From: an uncultured Chloroflexia bacterium
Lineage (GTDB): Bacteria; Chloroflexota; Limnocylindria; Limnocylindrales; CSP1-4
Direction: 5' to 3'
Assembly (NCBI GenBank): GCA_963763775.1
Contig: CAVXPZ010000004.1
Span: forward strand, 32,001-96,000
Length of the DNA stretch: 64,000 nt
Shown: piece after piece, positions 54,276 to 63,785 of the stretch
How positions within the stretch are numbered: position 1 is the first letter of the stretch
How the letters are laid out: every line of letters begins with the position of its first letter
Notes under the pieces: model-generated
What the model was told of the DNA's origin: nothing
The model's database searches: none
The model's input: the letters and a program-made list of their open reading frames with translations, nothing else
Program-made: the position numbers and the translations under genes

Positions 54276-55945
54276 CGCTCGGCTCGGATGGCGTACGCGT
54301 CGGCCGCACCGAGCGGATCGGGCGCTCGCTCGACACGGAACCCGGCTCGCTCGAGGAGGCGCCGCGAGACCGCGGCGCGGGTCGCGCGGTCGATCGGGTC
54401 GTACGGGTCGCGCTCGGCCACGGTGATCTGCGCCCGCTGGGCCGGGCTCGCGGCGAGGAGGCGGCCCGCGAGTCCGCCGCGGCGGTGGGCCGGCGCGACG
54501 CCGAGGGCGAGGAGGTCGCCCGCCGCATCCGTGACAGCCGCGCCGACGACCGTCGTGCCGCTGACGGCAGCGACCACGTGCGCTCCCTCGCGCAGCGCGG
54601 CGCCGATGATGGCGTGACCGTCGGCCGCGTCCGCGGGCGCGACGACGCGCGGCGCCAGCTGCAGTGCCGCCCACTGCGTGACGTCGACGGCGTCGAGGAT
54701 CGTGGGCGTGGCACCTTGATCAAGCGCAGGCGCGGCCTCGGCGCCGGACCGCGCGGCGGGAGCCTGGGCATCACCCCGCCACCATCCCAGGTCGCGGGCT
54801 TCCCGAAGCAGCCGAGGCACGACCAGCTGCCGCGCGACCAGGGCCACGGCCCGCGTCCGGTCCTCGGCGGTCTCCTGCGACCAGTCGAGCGGGAGGCCCG
54901 CGTTCGGGTCGTCGTCGAAGGTGGCCGGCGGCGGCGTCTGGCCGTACTCCGCGGACTCGGCCGCCCAGCGGTCGCGCCACGCCGGCTCGATCGCCGCCGG
55001 GACCGGCCGGTGCGCGCCGGCCAGCCAGACGAGGCTCCACATCCTCGGCACCACGCGGTAGGCGTCGTAGCCACCGCCACCGGTCGCGAGCCACCGGCCG
55101 CCGGCGTGCCGGTGCGCCAGGCCGTCGACCAGCCGGGCCGCGGCCCCCATCGCCGTCGTCGTCATCCGCAGGTGCGCGAGCGGGTCCCACGCATGCGAGT
55201 CCGCGCCGTGCTGGCTCACGATGAGGTCCGGCCCGAACGCAGCGGCGACCTCGGGGACCAGCAGCGCGACCGCGTCGAGCCAGGCGCCCTCCCCGGTCTC
55301 GGGCTCCATCGGCACGTTGACCGACGTCCCGGCGGCGACCCCCTCCCCCAGCTCGTCGAGGAAGCCGCTCCCCGGGAACAGGTAGTGCCCGGATTCGTGG
55401 AACGAGACGGTCATCACGCTCGGGTCGTCGTAGTGGATCGCCTGGACGCCGTCGCCGTGGTGGACGTCGAAGTCGAGGTAGAGCACACGCAGGCCGTCGC
55501 GCCGCGCCCGGGCGATCGCGAGGGCCGGGTCGTCGTAGATGCAGAACCCCGACGCGTGGTCGGGCATCGCATGGTGGAGGCCGCCACCGGGATGGAAGGC
55601 ATGCTCGACGTCCCCGCGCAGGATCGCCTCGAGGGCGCGGAGCGACCCGCCGGCGACCATCGCGGCCGCGTCGTGCATCCCGGCGAAGGCCGGATCGTCG
55701 CCACCCCGACCGATGCCGGCCGCGGGTGGGCCACCGGGCGCGGCCGACAGCCGCTTCACGGCCTCGAGGTAGCGCGCCTCATGGCACCACAGGAGCTCCT
55801 CGTCGGGCGCCGGCTCCGGCGCCAGGCCCGGCTCCGCGCCCACGGTCCGCAGGAGGTCGATCCCCGGTCCGAACCGGCGCGGCGTCAACGGGTGGGCCGG
55901 CCCGAAGTCGTACGTGGTCGAGCGCGGGCCGTAGACGAGCAGCAT
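54272..55945 (-). CDS. AcuC/HDAC-family deacetylase fused to a C-terminal GNAT-like domain
   Basis: HPLTPRR, GGLHHA, SGFC, DFDVHHGDG, SFHE, YLFPG, HGADSH, GGGGY. The last ~150 aa contain LLALGVAPAHRRGGLAGRLL and RRLLERAGF. Confidence 0.88.
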   Translation of the reverse strand: MLLVYGPRSTTYDFGPAHPLTPRRFGPGIDLLRTVGAEPGLAPEPAPDEELLWCHEARYLEAVKRLSAAPGGPPAAGIGRGGDDPAFAGMHDAAAMVAGGSLRALEAILRGDVEHAFHPGGGLHHAMPDHASGFCIYDDPALAIARARRDGLRVLYLDFDVHHGDGVQAIHYDDPSVMTVSFHESGHYLFPGSGFLDELGEGVAAGTSVNVPMEPETGEGAWLDAVALLVPEVAAAFGPDLIVSQHGADSHAWDPLAHLRMTTTAMGAAARLVDGLAHRHAGGRWLATGGGGYDAYRVVPRMWSLVWLAGAHRPVPAAIEPAWRDRWAAESAEYGQTPPPATFDDDPNAGLPLDWSQETAEDRTRAVALVARQLVVPRLLREARDLGWWRGDAQAPAARSGAEAAPALDQGATPTILDAVDVTQWAALQLAPRVVAPADAADGHAIIGAALREGAHVVAAVSGTTVVGAAVTDAAGDLLALGVAPAHRRGGLAGRLLAASPAQRAQITVAERDPYDPIDRATRAAVSRRLLERAGFRVERAPDPLGAADAYAIRAER

Positions 55946-55964
55946 GCGTGGCACGATACCCGTC

Positions 55965-56363
55965 GTGGAACGCGTCTACACCACGCCCCTCCTCGACAAG
56001 CTCGGGATCCGTCCGGGGATGCGCGTCGCGCTCATCGACATCGACGACGAGGCCATCCGCCCGCTGATCGCGGATCGGACCTCGGATGTCACCGAGGGCT
56101 GGCCCGAGCCGGACACCGACGTCGTGCTGCTCGGCGCCGAGTCCACGGAACAGTTGGAGCCGCTGCGCGCCCTGGCGACACGCATCCGGCCGAACGGCGC
56201 GATCTGGGTCGTGTCCCGGAAGGGCAAGGCCGCGACGCTGCGCGACGTCGAGGTGATCGACGCGGCCAGGACGGCCGGCCTCGTCGACAACAAGGTCGCG
56301 TCGTTCTCGGCGACGCACACGTCGCAGCGGCTGGTGATCCCGGTGGCCCTTCGGCCGCGATGA
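55965..56363 (+). CDS. DUF3052-like protein
   Basis: YTTPLLDKLGIRPG, GAIWVVSRKG, GLVDNKVASFS. Confidence 0.75.
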   Translation: MERVYTTPLLDKLGIRPGMRVALIDIDDEAIRPLIADRTSDVTEGWPEPDTDVVLLGAESTEQLEPLRALATRIRPNGAIWVVSRKGKAATLRDVEVIDAARTAGLVDNKVASFSATHTSQRLVIPVALRPR

Positions 56364-56417
56364 CGTGGCGCGACGCGGTCTCGTCGGGCTCGCTCGCCGC
56401 GGGAGTACCATCGCGGC

Positions 56418-56615
56418 ATGCCCGTCGACCTGATCGTCGTCCTGCTCATCATCCTCGTGATCGTGCTCATGGTGCGCGGGCCCAAGACGCTCCCGAAGTG
56501 GGGCGAGGTCCTGGGTCGCGGCGTCAAGGAAGCCAAGTCCGAGGCGGCGAAGGCGCAGGCCGAGATCCAGGCCCGGACCACGGACGGCTCGTCCGACTCG
56601 GACCGACCGGCCTGA
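56418..56615 (+). CDS. tatA: Twin-arginine translocase TatA/E subunit
   Basis: Single TM followed by GPKTLPKWGEVLGRGVKEAK amphipathic helix; 65 aa. Confidence 0.85.
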   Translation: MPVDLIVVLLIILVIVLMVRGPKTLPKWGEVLGRGVKEAKSEAAKAQAEIQARTTDGSSDSDRPA

Positions 56616-56674
56616 CGCCGGTCTCGATCCCGCGCGCGACGATCGATCCCCGTGGCGCCCGATCGACCCCACCG

Positions 56675-57147
56675 ATGACCGCGCCGCCCGACGACGTCAG
56701 CCCCACGCCCGATGTCGGTCCGCCGGACGCCTCGGTCGTCCCGGAGCCCGCGCGTCCGCGCGACCGCCGCGACCGCCGATGGTCGAGGCCGCGGCCGCGA
56801 TCCTCATCGTCGTCGGCGTCGCGGGCATCGCCGCCCAGCTCCTCGCCCTGATCGACGGGACCGAGGTACCGGCCGCGGGCGCGGAGCCCATCCTCGTCGT
56901 CCAGTACCTCCTCATCGCCTCCACCATCGTGATCGGCCTGCTCGTCCGGGCCGGGCGAGCGTGGCCCATCTGCGTGAGCGTCGCGACGATCCTGCTGCTG
57001 CTCGACCTCATCGCGGTCCCGTCGGGCAATCTGTTCGCGATCCTGTTCTCGGTCCTCGACGCGGTCGTGGTCGTCACGCTGCTCCGGCACAAGGCCTGGT
57101 TCGACTCCCGCCGGTCCGCCGGGGCCGCGGTGGAGGTCGAGGCATGA
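56675..57147 (+). CDS. Small four-TM membrane protein (probable frameshift near 56760; in-frame part 56779-57147)
   Basis: Hydrophobic ORF MVEAAAAILIVVG...; a Pro-rich N-terminus from ATG 56675 is one base out of frame. Confidence 0.6.
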
Positions 57148-57746
57148 CACCGGACGACCTGGCCGCGCTCACGCAACGACCCGAACCGGGGCCGCACCGG
57201 ACGACCATCACGGTCGGCGACCGCGCCGTCGAGACCCTCGCCGACCTGCCTCCGCGCCGTGACGGCCTCCTGTTCATCGGGCTCAACCCGTCCCCGGTCA
57301 GCGTCGAGGCCGGCCACTACCACCAGGGCCAGCTCGGTCGGACGTTCTGGAAGCGGATCGCCACGGCCGGGATCATCCCGCCCGGCACGCCGGTCGAGAC
57401 GGCCGACGACGCCCTGGTCGCCGCGGGCCACGGCATCACGGACCTCATCAAGCGGCCGTCGCCTCGCGACGAGGCCACGGACGCGGAGCTGACCGGCGGC
57501 GTGGGCGCGCTCTGGCAGAAGATCGCCATCTGGCGCCCGGCCGCCGTCGTGTTCATCTACAAACGCGCTGCCTCGATCGCCGCCGGAAGGACGCTCGACG
57601 AGCCGTGGGGCGTGCTGACGGGCGTCGCCCTCGCCGGCCGACCGTGCTTCCTGATGCCCGGGCCGTACGCGCCGACCGAATCGGTCGACGAAGGCATCAA
57701 CTTCCTGCGCAACCTGGCGGCGTCGCTCCCGGTGGATCGCGCCTAG
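57144..57746 (+). CDS. mug: Mismatch-specific uracil-DNA glycosylase (MUG/TDG family)
   Basis: TLADL, LLFIGLNPS, GHY, FW, GITDL motifs. Confidence 0.8.
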   Translation: MTPDDLAALTQRPEPGPHRTTITVGDRAVETLADLPPRRDGLLFIGLNPSPVSVEAGHYHQGQLGRTFWKRIATAGIIPPGTPVETADDALVAAGHGITDLIKRPSPRDEATDAELTGGVGALWQKIAIWRPAAVVFIYKRAASIAAGRTLDEPWGVLTGVALAGRPCFLMPGPYAPTESVDEGINFLRNLAASLPVDRA

Positions 57747-58033
57747 GGCGCACCCGGCCCACCGCCCGTCCGGCGCCGCGCGGCGATCGCCCGAGCCAAG
57801 GCTCCGGCGAGCACGCCGACCAGCCAGACCAGCGGGATCACGAACACGGCGATGGCCAGCGTGGTGAAGTTCGCGTCCCCGAGCTGCGGGCACGGGCCGG
57901 TGCCGACGAAGCACTCGTCGTCAGCGCGGAGGAACCCTGCCAGGGCGGAAACGGCCAAGAGGATCGCGACGGCCAGGAGGGCGGCGGTCCAGATCAGGAA
58001 CGCCCGGACCCACGGACTCCTCAGGCGCCGCAT
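57743..58033 (-). CDS. Small two-TM hypothetical protein with a Cys pair in the loop
   Basis: MRRLRSPWVRAFLIWTAALL...ECFVGTGPC...IAVFVIPLVWLVG; start uncertain. Confidence 0.5.
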   Translation of the reverse strand: MRRLRSPWVRAFLIWTAALLAVAILLAVSALAGFLRADDECFVGTGPCPQLGDANFTTLAIAVFVIPLVWLVGVLAGALARAIAARRRTGGGPGAP

Positions 58034-58080
58034 GGCACGGATCACCGCCTGAGCTGCCGCCTGGTCCCGGCCCGTATGCA

Positions 58081-59310
58081 TCAGGTGACTCTTCCGGCGG
58101 GCTCGAGGCGTTGGCGTGACCGCTGCGAGCCTTCGATCGCCCGTCTGATCCCGATCCGTGCTGGGCCAGGCATCACGGTCCCGTCGGATCGGCGTCCGCG
58201 GCCTCGACTCCTTGGATACCAGGCATGCCATGACTCGGCGCCGGGATCCGCCGTGCCGGCGGCCTCGCCGGCGGCCTCGGCCTCGTCGGTCTCGGTCTCG
58301 TCCGGCCCGACCTCGTCCACGTCCGGCCCGACCTCGTCCACGCCCGGCAACCCGCGCCAGAACCCGAGCAGCACGAGCAGGTACCCGGCCGCGGACACGA
58401 TGGCGGTCAGGCGGACCACCCAGAACAGCGTCTCGGCGTCGGCCTGGCCGATGTTGACCAGATAGCCCACGAGGTAGGCGCTGGACGTGGCGAGCCCGGC
58501 GAGCAGGATCATCCACAGACCGGTCGCCGCGGCACGCCACGCACCGGGCGGTCGCTCGCCGGACGCACGCCCCGTGGAGGCGACCAGCGTCAGATAGGCC
58601 GTGCTACCGATGGTCGCCGCCGCCAGGACCAGGAGACCCAGATAGTCCACGACGGCCCAGCCGCCCGTGAAGTCAAGTTGGCCGCGTGACCACGGGACGA
58701 AGAACGTCCCGTACGCCACGAGGATCGAGGCCATCGCGACCGCGGCGATCAGCCAGCCCCGTCGCCGCGCCCCGCCGTCCTCGTCCTGCTCGCGCGCGTC
58801 GACCAGCCCGCGGGCGAGGTACAGCAGTCCGAAGACGGCGATCGTCCGCCACAACAGCGAGTACAGGACGACCCCGGGGGCGAAGAACGGGTTCGTTTCG
58901 ACCTCCGGCGGGACGATGCCCTGGAGGAACTCGCTGAACTGCGAGCCCGCGACCTGCATCACCTCGACGGCCACCAGCAGGACGATCCCGAACACGATTC
59001 GAGGGTCGGTGCGCCGGGCGCTCGGATGTCGCAGGAAGAGTGCCGCCCCGAAGAGGCACGTCGCCACGGGCTGGACGGCCGAGGTGAACAGGCTGAGGAG
59101 GCTGGTCGGGATGATCTGCGTCAGCAGACCGCCGACGTCGCGGAACGACCAGAGCGCCAGCAGCACCGCGAGGACGACGAACGCCCAGGCGGCCACGGGC
59201 ACCCGCCGCGCCACACCGACCACCGGGTCGGGCAGATGCGGCGGTCGCGGGTCGTCCCACGGCGTCCCGTCGATGGTGTAGCCGGTGGGTTCGTCCATGG
59301 GCGTGGTCAA
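58081..59310 (-). CDS. Polytopic membrane protein, paralogue of the next gene (true 3' end uncertain)
   Basis: About 8 TM segments; shares AALFLRH, ARGL, GERP, GY..L...GLP with 59353-60291; acidic tail. Confidence 0.75.
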   Translation of the reverse strand: MTTPMDEPTGYTIDGTPWDDPRPPHLPDPVVGVARRVPVAAWAFVVLAVLLALWSFRDVGGLLTQIIPTSLLSLFTSAVQPVATCLFGAALFLRHPSARRTDPRIVFGIVLLVAVEVMQVAGSQFSEFLQGIVPPEVETNPFFAPGVVLYSLLWRTIAVFGLLYLARGLVDAREQDEDGGARRRGWLIAAVAMASILVAYGTFFVPWSRGQLDFTGGWAVVDYLGLLVLAAATIGSTAYLTLVASTGRASGERPPGAWRAAATGLWMILLAGLATSSAYLVGYLVNIGQADAETLFWVVRLTAIVSAAGYLLVLLGFWRGLPGVDEVGPDVDEVGPDETETDEAEAAGEAAGTADPGAESWHAWYPRSRGRGRRSDGTVMPGPARIGIRRAIEGSQRSRQRLEPAGRVT

Positions 59311-59352
59311 CCTCGGGTCCGGGCGGCCGAAGTCCGCCCGTTCGCGTCCAGC

Positions 59353-60291
59353 CTACTCGCCGTCCGTCGAGGCCTCGTCATCCATCGGCAATCCGGTGAG
59401 GAGGGCCGCGAGCAGGAGCACGTACCCGAGCGCGAACGCCGCGAGGATCCCGATCGACAGCTCGTCCGGCAGCGGCGTCGTGAACACCCCGACCGTCGCG
59501 ATGACCCCGCTCACCGCGAACCCGAGCAGGACCAGCCCGGCCCCGAGCGCCGCGAGCCCCCAGCCCTTGAGCGGCCGCTCGCCGGTCCGCCAACCCACCA
59601 GTGCCACGCCCGCCAGGTACGCCCAGCCGAAGACGCTCAGCAGGCTGATGGCCACCGAGAGCACGGTCAGCCAGAAGTAGGCGACGATCGCGTCCGGCGG
59701 GATGTCGAGCGAGAGGTTGACGAGGTTGAGGACGTTCGTGACCGCCGCGACCACCGTCAGGACGCCGACCAGCAGCCACCAGCGTCGCGAGCCCGGCTCG
59801 TCCTCGTAGGCTCGGGCCGCCAGCAGGCCGCGCGCCGTGTAGATCGGGGCCATCGCCGCGAGGATGCCGACCACCACCTGGAACGCCACGTCCAGTGGGA
59901 CCAGGAACGGCAGTCCGGTCGGGGCCGGGATGATCGCGTCGAACCCGGCGGTCATCCCGGGTGACACGTACTGCAGGAATTCGACGATCCCGAACAGCAC
60001 GACACCGACGACGAGCAGGCGGTCGGTCGACCAGATGCGTCGATGGCGCAGGAAGAGCGCCGCCGGCAGCAGGAACGCGATCGCCGTCGGGATGGCCCCG
60101 GAGATCGCGAACGCGAACCCGGTGATGTTGTCGATGCCGGCCTGCGCGATCCCGCGGACCGCGAGGACCGTCATGGTCACCGACAGGAGGACGAACACCC
60201 AGGTCGGGGCCGGCACGGCCGCCAGCCGCCCGACGACGCCGGACGGGGGCTCCGGCTCCGGCGCGGCGCGCGTCCAGCCCGGCTTGGTCAT
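59353..60291 (-). CDS. Polytopic membrane protein
   Basis: About 8 TM segments; start overlaps the stop of the NUDIX-MBL gene. Confidence 0.8.
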   Translation of the reverse strand: MTKPGWTRAAPEPEPPSGVVGRLAAVPAPTWVFVLLSVTMTVLAVRGIAQAGIDNITGFAFAISGAIPTAIAFLLPAALFLRHRRIWSTDRLLVVGVVLFGIVEFLQYVSPGMTAGFDAIIPAPTGLPFLVPLDVAFQVVVGILAAMAPIYTARGLLAARAYEDEPGSRRWWLLVGVLTVVAAVTNVLNLVNLSLDIPPDAIVAYFWLTVLSVAISLLSVFGWAYLAGVALVGWRTGERPLKGWGLAALGAGLVLLGFAVSGVIATVGVFTTPLPDELSIGILAAFALGYVLLLAALLTGLPMDDEASTDGE

Positions 60292-61574
60292 GCGGCGCCA
60301 TCGACGGGGTGGCCGGCGAGCCGCCGGGCGCCGGGCGCCGCCGCATCGATCCGGGCCAGCGAGTCATCCCACGCCACGCGGTCAACCGGCCCCGGTAGGC
60401 ACCGAGCGCCGCGCCGGCCGTCGAGATCCCCGGCCAGCACCGAACGCACGCCGCCCGCCGCCTCGACGACGAACGCCAAATGGTCCGCCCGCGGACCCGG
60501 CGTCGTCACGACCCGCAGCGGCAGGTCTCCCGCATCGATCACGTCGCCGTCGGCGAGTTCGCGGACCGGGTATGGGAGCGGCCGGCCGCCGCCCGGCCCC
60601 ACGAGCACCGAGACGCCCAGCTGCTCAGCCAGGGCCTCGGCGCCGGCCGCATGGTCGGGGTCGACATGGGTCAGCGCGATCGCCGCGATCGTGCCGCCGC
60701 GCGCCGCCGTCTCGGCCACGGCACGCTCCAGACCCGGACCCGTCGGGTCGCCCGGATCCACGAGCACGAACGAGCGATGCCCGACGAGATACGCGTTGAC
60801 CGGTTGACCCGCGACGCCGCCGCCGGCCGGCATCTCGATGCGGACGACGCCGTCGCCGAGATCCTCGACCTCGAGCCGGCCGAGCGTCGATGGCGCCAGT
60901 CGCGACGCGACGTCCTCGAACCTCTCGAGATGCTCGAGCTGCTGGAGCGTCGACGAGGTCGGCAGCCAGAAGCCGAGTCGGCCGTCCGCCATGGCCTCGA
61001 GCGCGTCCGCCGGGCGCATCCAGGCCTGCGCGGCCACCTCGTCGCCTTCGATGGACGCCACCGAGCCCTCCGGCAGCGCGGCCGCGAAGAACCGCGCGTC
61101 GAACCGGCGCGGATACCCGGCAGGCGTGACCCAGCGCGAGAGCGGCGTCAGCCAATCGGTCCGCAGGGTGAGGTCGAGCTGCGCGGCCAGCGCGGTGAAT
61201 CCGATCTCGCCGCCGACCAGCGCCGAGCGCGCGGCTCCCAGCATCCCGGGCGACGACGGGGGCGCGTCCGCGAACAGGACGCCGGCTTCCTCGAAGGCTT
61301 CCCGGATCGCGGCGATGAACGCGGCGATCGCCTCGTTCGGCTCCAGGTCGCCGCCCATGACGGCCGCCGCTTCGTCAGGCGTGCGGACGGACCGCGCGAC
61401 GAGGCTCGGGTGCGCATCCGACGGATCGACGCGACCGCCCGGGAACACGTGCACGTCGGGCGCGAACGCCATCGATGCCGGCCGGCGGCCGAGCAGCACC
61501 TCCGGCCCGGACGAGGTCGGGCGCATGAGCACGACCGTCGCGGCCGGCCGCGGCTCGACCGACGGCTCAGCCAC
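60288..61574 (-). CDS. NUDIX hydrolase-metallo-beta-lactamase fusion
   Basis: [14 protein letters not shown]...[14 protein letters not shown]...RRFDARFF (Nudt19-like); [20 protein letters not shown] (MBL fold). Confidence 0.85.
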   Translation of the reverse strand: MAEPSVEPRPAATVVLMRPTSSGPEVLLGRRPASMAFAPDVHVFPGGRVDPSDAHPSLVARSVRTPDEAAAVMGGDLEPNEAIAAFIAAIREAFEEAGVLFADAPPSSPGMLGAARSALVGGEIGFTALAAQLDLTLRTDWLTPLSRWVTPAGYPRRFDARFFAAALPEGSVASIEGDEVAAQAWMRPADALEAMADGRLGFWLPTSSTLQQLEHLERFEDVASRLAPSTLGRLEVEDLGDGVVRIEMPAGGGVAGQPVNAYLVGHRSFVLVDPGDPTGPGLERAVAETAARGGTIAAIALTHVDPDHAAGAEALAEQLGVSVLVGPGGGRPLPYPVRELADGDVIDAGDLPLRVVTTPGPRADHLAFVVEAAGGVRSVLAGDLDGRRGARCLPGPVDRVAWDDSLARIDAAAPGARRLAGHPVDGAA

Positions 61575-63606
61575 CGGACGCGACCAGCTCCGCTCGGAGC
61601 GCCTCGGGATCGGTGACCGGGAGCCGGCAGACGAAGCCTCGGCAGACGTACGCCGTCGGCCGCCCACCCACAGCGATGCGATCGGCGAGCAACGGGACCG
61701 CCGAGGCGTCCGGCGTGGCGCTCAGCGCCACGACCTGGTGCGGCCGGTAGCCGCGCGTCGTCTCGGCGACGAGCGCGCGCGTCGCGGGATCGGCCGGGTC
61801 ACCCACGATCGCGACCTCGACCGCGGGCGAGAAGGCGAGGTCCAGCCCGACGAGCCACTGGGCGAATCCCGTCGGGTAGCGGGGCAGGTAGGCCGTGACC
61901 GTTCGGAAGGCCGCCTCGGCGGCATCCCGGTAGCGGCCCTCGCCCGTCCAGGCCGCCAGGCGGAGCAACACCAGGACGGCCATCGCATTCCCGGACGGCG
62001 TGGCGTTGTCCTGCGGGTCCTTGGGCCGGGTGACGAGCCGCTCGTGGTCGTCGGCGGTGTCGTAGAAGCCGCCGGCCGGGTCGGCGAACCGGGCGAGCAC
62101 CCGGTCCATCAGCGCCCGGGCGGTCGAGAACCACCGCTCGTCGAACGTGGCCTCGTAGAGGGCAAGCAGGCCATCCGCGAGATTCGCGTAGTCCTCGAGC
62201 ACGCCTTGGCCGGTGGCGCGACCGTCCTTCCAGGACCGCGAGAGCGAGCCGTCGGCGGCGAGCAGCCCACCCGTGATCGCGGTCGCGGCCGCCACCGCGG
62301 CTTCCACGTAGCGTGGCTCGTCGAGCAATCGGCCGGCCTCCGCAAAGGCGGCGATCGCCAGCCCGTTCCAGGCGGCCAACGCCTTGTCGTCGCGAGCCGG
62401 CTGCGAGCGGGTCGCGCGTCGGGCCAGCAGCCGCGCCCGCGCGTCGGCGAGCCGTGCCTCGAACGCGGCGTCCTCCCGCGACGGCGGCGGGGTCTGGATG
62501 TCCGGCCATACCCGCGAGAGGATCGTCCGGTCCTCCCAGTTGCCCTCGTCGGTCACCCCGTAGGCGGCCATGAACGGCTCGGCGTCGTCGCCCAGGACGT
62601 CGCGGATCTCCGCGGCCGTCCACACGAAGGTGAGGCCCTCCACGCCGTCCGTGTCGGCATCCTGGCTCGAGGCGAAGGCGCCGTCCGGCAGCCGGAGCTC
62701 GCGGAGCAGGTAGTCGAGCACCCCGACGGCAACGTCGCGGAATTGCGCGTCATCGGTCGCCGCCCAGGCATGGAGGTACACCCGCGCGAGCTGCGCGTTG
62801 TCGTACAGCATCTGTTCGAAGTGCGGCACCAGCCACGCCGGGTCCGTGGCGTATCGATGGAAACCGCCGCCGAGCTGGTCGTGGATCCCGCCGTCGGCCA
62901 TCTTCTCGAGCGTGAACCTCGCGACGGTGCTGAGCCGCGGCGCTCCGCCTGCCAGCCGCCGCAGCGCGTAGTCGAGCGTCATCGGCTGCGGGAACTTGGG
63001 CGCGCCGCCCCACGACCCGTTGCGCGCGTCGAACGTCGAGAGCAGCGCCTCGTCCACGACCTCCAGAAGCTCCGGCGTGGGCGTCTCCGGGTCCACCTCG
63101 GTCCGCTGCCGCTCGACGAGCGCGCTGACCAGCCGCAGCCCGGCCGACTCCACCTCGCCGCGCTGCTCGCGCCACGTGCGGTCGACGCCCTCGAGGACTT
63201 GCCGGAACGACGGCATCCCGTGCCGCGGTTCATCCGGGTAGTACGTCCCGCCGTAGAACGGGTTGCCGGACGGCGTGAGGAAGACCGACATCGGCCAGCC
63301 GCCGCCCCCGGTCATCGCCTGGACCGCGCTCATGTAGACCTGGTCGAGGTCGGGCCGTTCCTCGCGGTCGACCTTGATCGAGATGAAATGGTCGTTGAGG
63401 TATCGGGCGGTGGCGTCGTTCTCGAAGGACTCGCGCTCCATCACGTGGCACCAATGGCACGCGGCGTAGCCGATCGAGAGGAAGATCGGGCGGTCGAGGA
63501 TCTTTGCGCGAGCCAGGGCGTCTGGGCCCCACGGGAACCAGTCGACGGGGTTGTTCGCGTGCTGCAACAGGTAGGGACTGGTCTCGCCGGCCAGGCGGTT
63601 CGGCAT
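61567..63606 (-). CDS. Thioredoxin-domain/six-hairpin glycosidase-like protein (YyaL/SPATA20/DUF255 family)
   Basis: [70 protein letters not shown]. Confidence 0.95.
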   Translation of the reverse strand: MPNRLAGETSPYLLQHANNPVDWFPWGPDALARAKILDRPIFLSIGYAACHWCHVMERESFENDATARYLNDHFISIKVDREERPDLDQVYMSAVQAMTGGGGWPMSVFLTPSGNPFYGGTYYPDEPRHGMPSFRQVLEGVDRTWREQRGEVESAGLRLVSALVERQRTEVDPETPTPELLEVVDEALLSTFDARNGSWGGAPKFPQPMTLDYALRRLAGGAPRLSTVARFTLEKMADGGIHDQLGGGFHRYATDPAWLVPHFEQMLYDNAQLARVYLHAWAATDDAQFRDVAVGVLDYLLRELRLPDGAFASSQDADTDGVEGLTFVWTAAEIRDVLGDDAEPFMAAYGVTDEGNWEDRTILSRVWPDIQTPPPSREDAAFEARLADARARLLARRATRSQPARDDKALAAWNGLAIAAFAEAGRLLDEPRYVEAAVAAATAITGGLLAADGSLSRSWKDGRATGQGVLEDYANLADGLLALYEATFDERWFSTARALMDRVLARFADPAGGFYDTADDHERLVTRPKDPQDNATPSGNAMAVLVLLRLAAWTGEGRYRDAAEAAFRTVTAYLPRYPTGFAQWLVGLDLAFSPAVEVAIVGDPADPATRALVAETTRGYRPHQVVALSATPDASAVPLLADRIAVGGRPTAYVCRGFVCRLPVTDPEALRAELVASGG

Positions 63607-63785
63607 CGGGTCAGTTTGAACGAACCGGGCCCCCGGCGGCATCTATACAGGTAGGAGGCGGAACATCGGTGACCGACGGCACCAGATAGCGTGGATGACG
63701 GGCAGATATGGGCCCGGTGGTATGGTCTGCCGGACCGGACTGGCGTTACCCTGAAACCCGCCTCGGAATGGAGTGCCCTCCTGTC

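Noticed and set aside
58300-58345. Tandem repeat TCGTCC/GTCCGGCCCGACCTCGTCCAC
   Set aside because: It is a short in-frame duplication coding VDEVGPD in a low-complexity tail, not a CRISPR or mobile repeat.
74-63654. Many very long alternative-frame ORFs (e.g. 3428-6895+, 37160-40612+, 47658-50300+, 60838-63654+)
   Set aside because: They are antisense or off-frame shadows of real genes. Stop codons are scarce at this GC content and the products are Arg/Gly/Pro-rich with no motifs.
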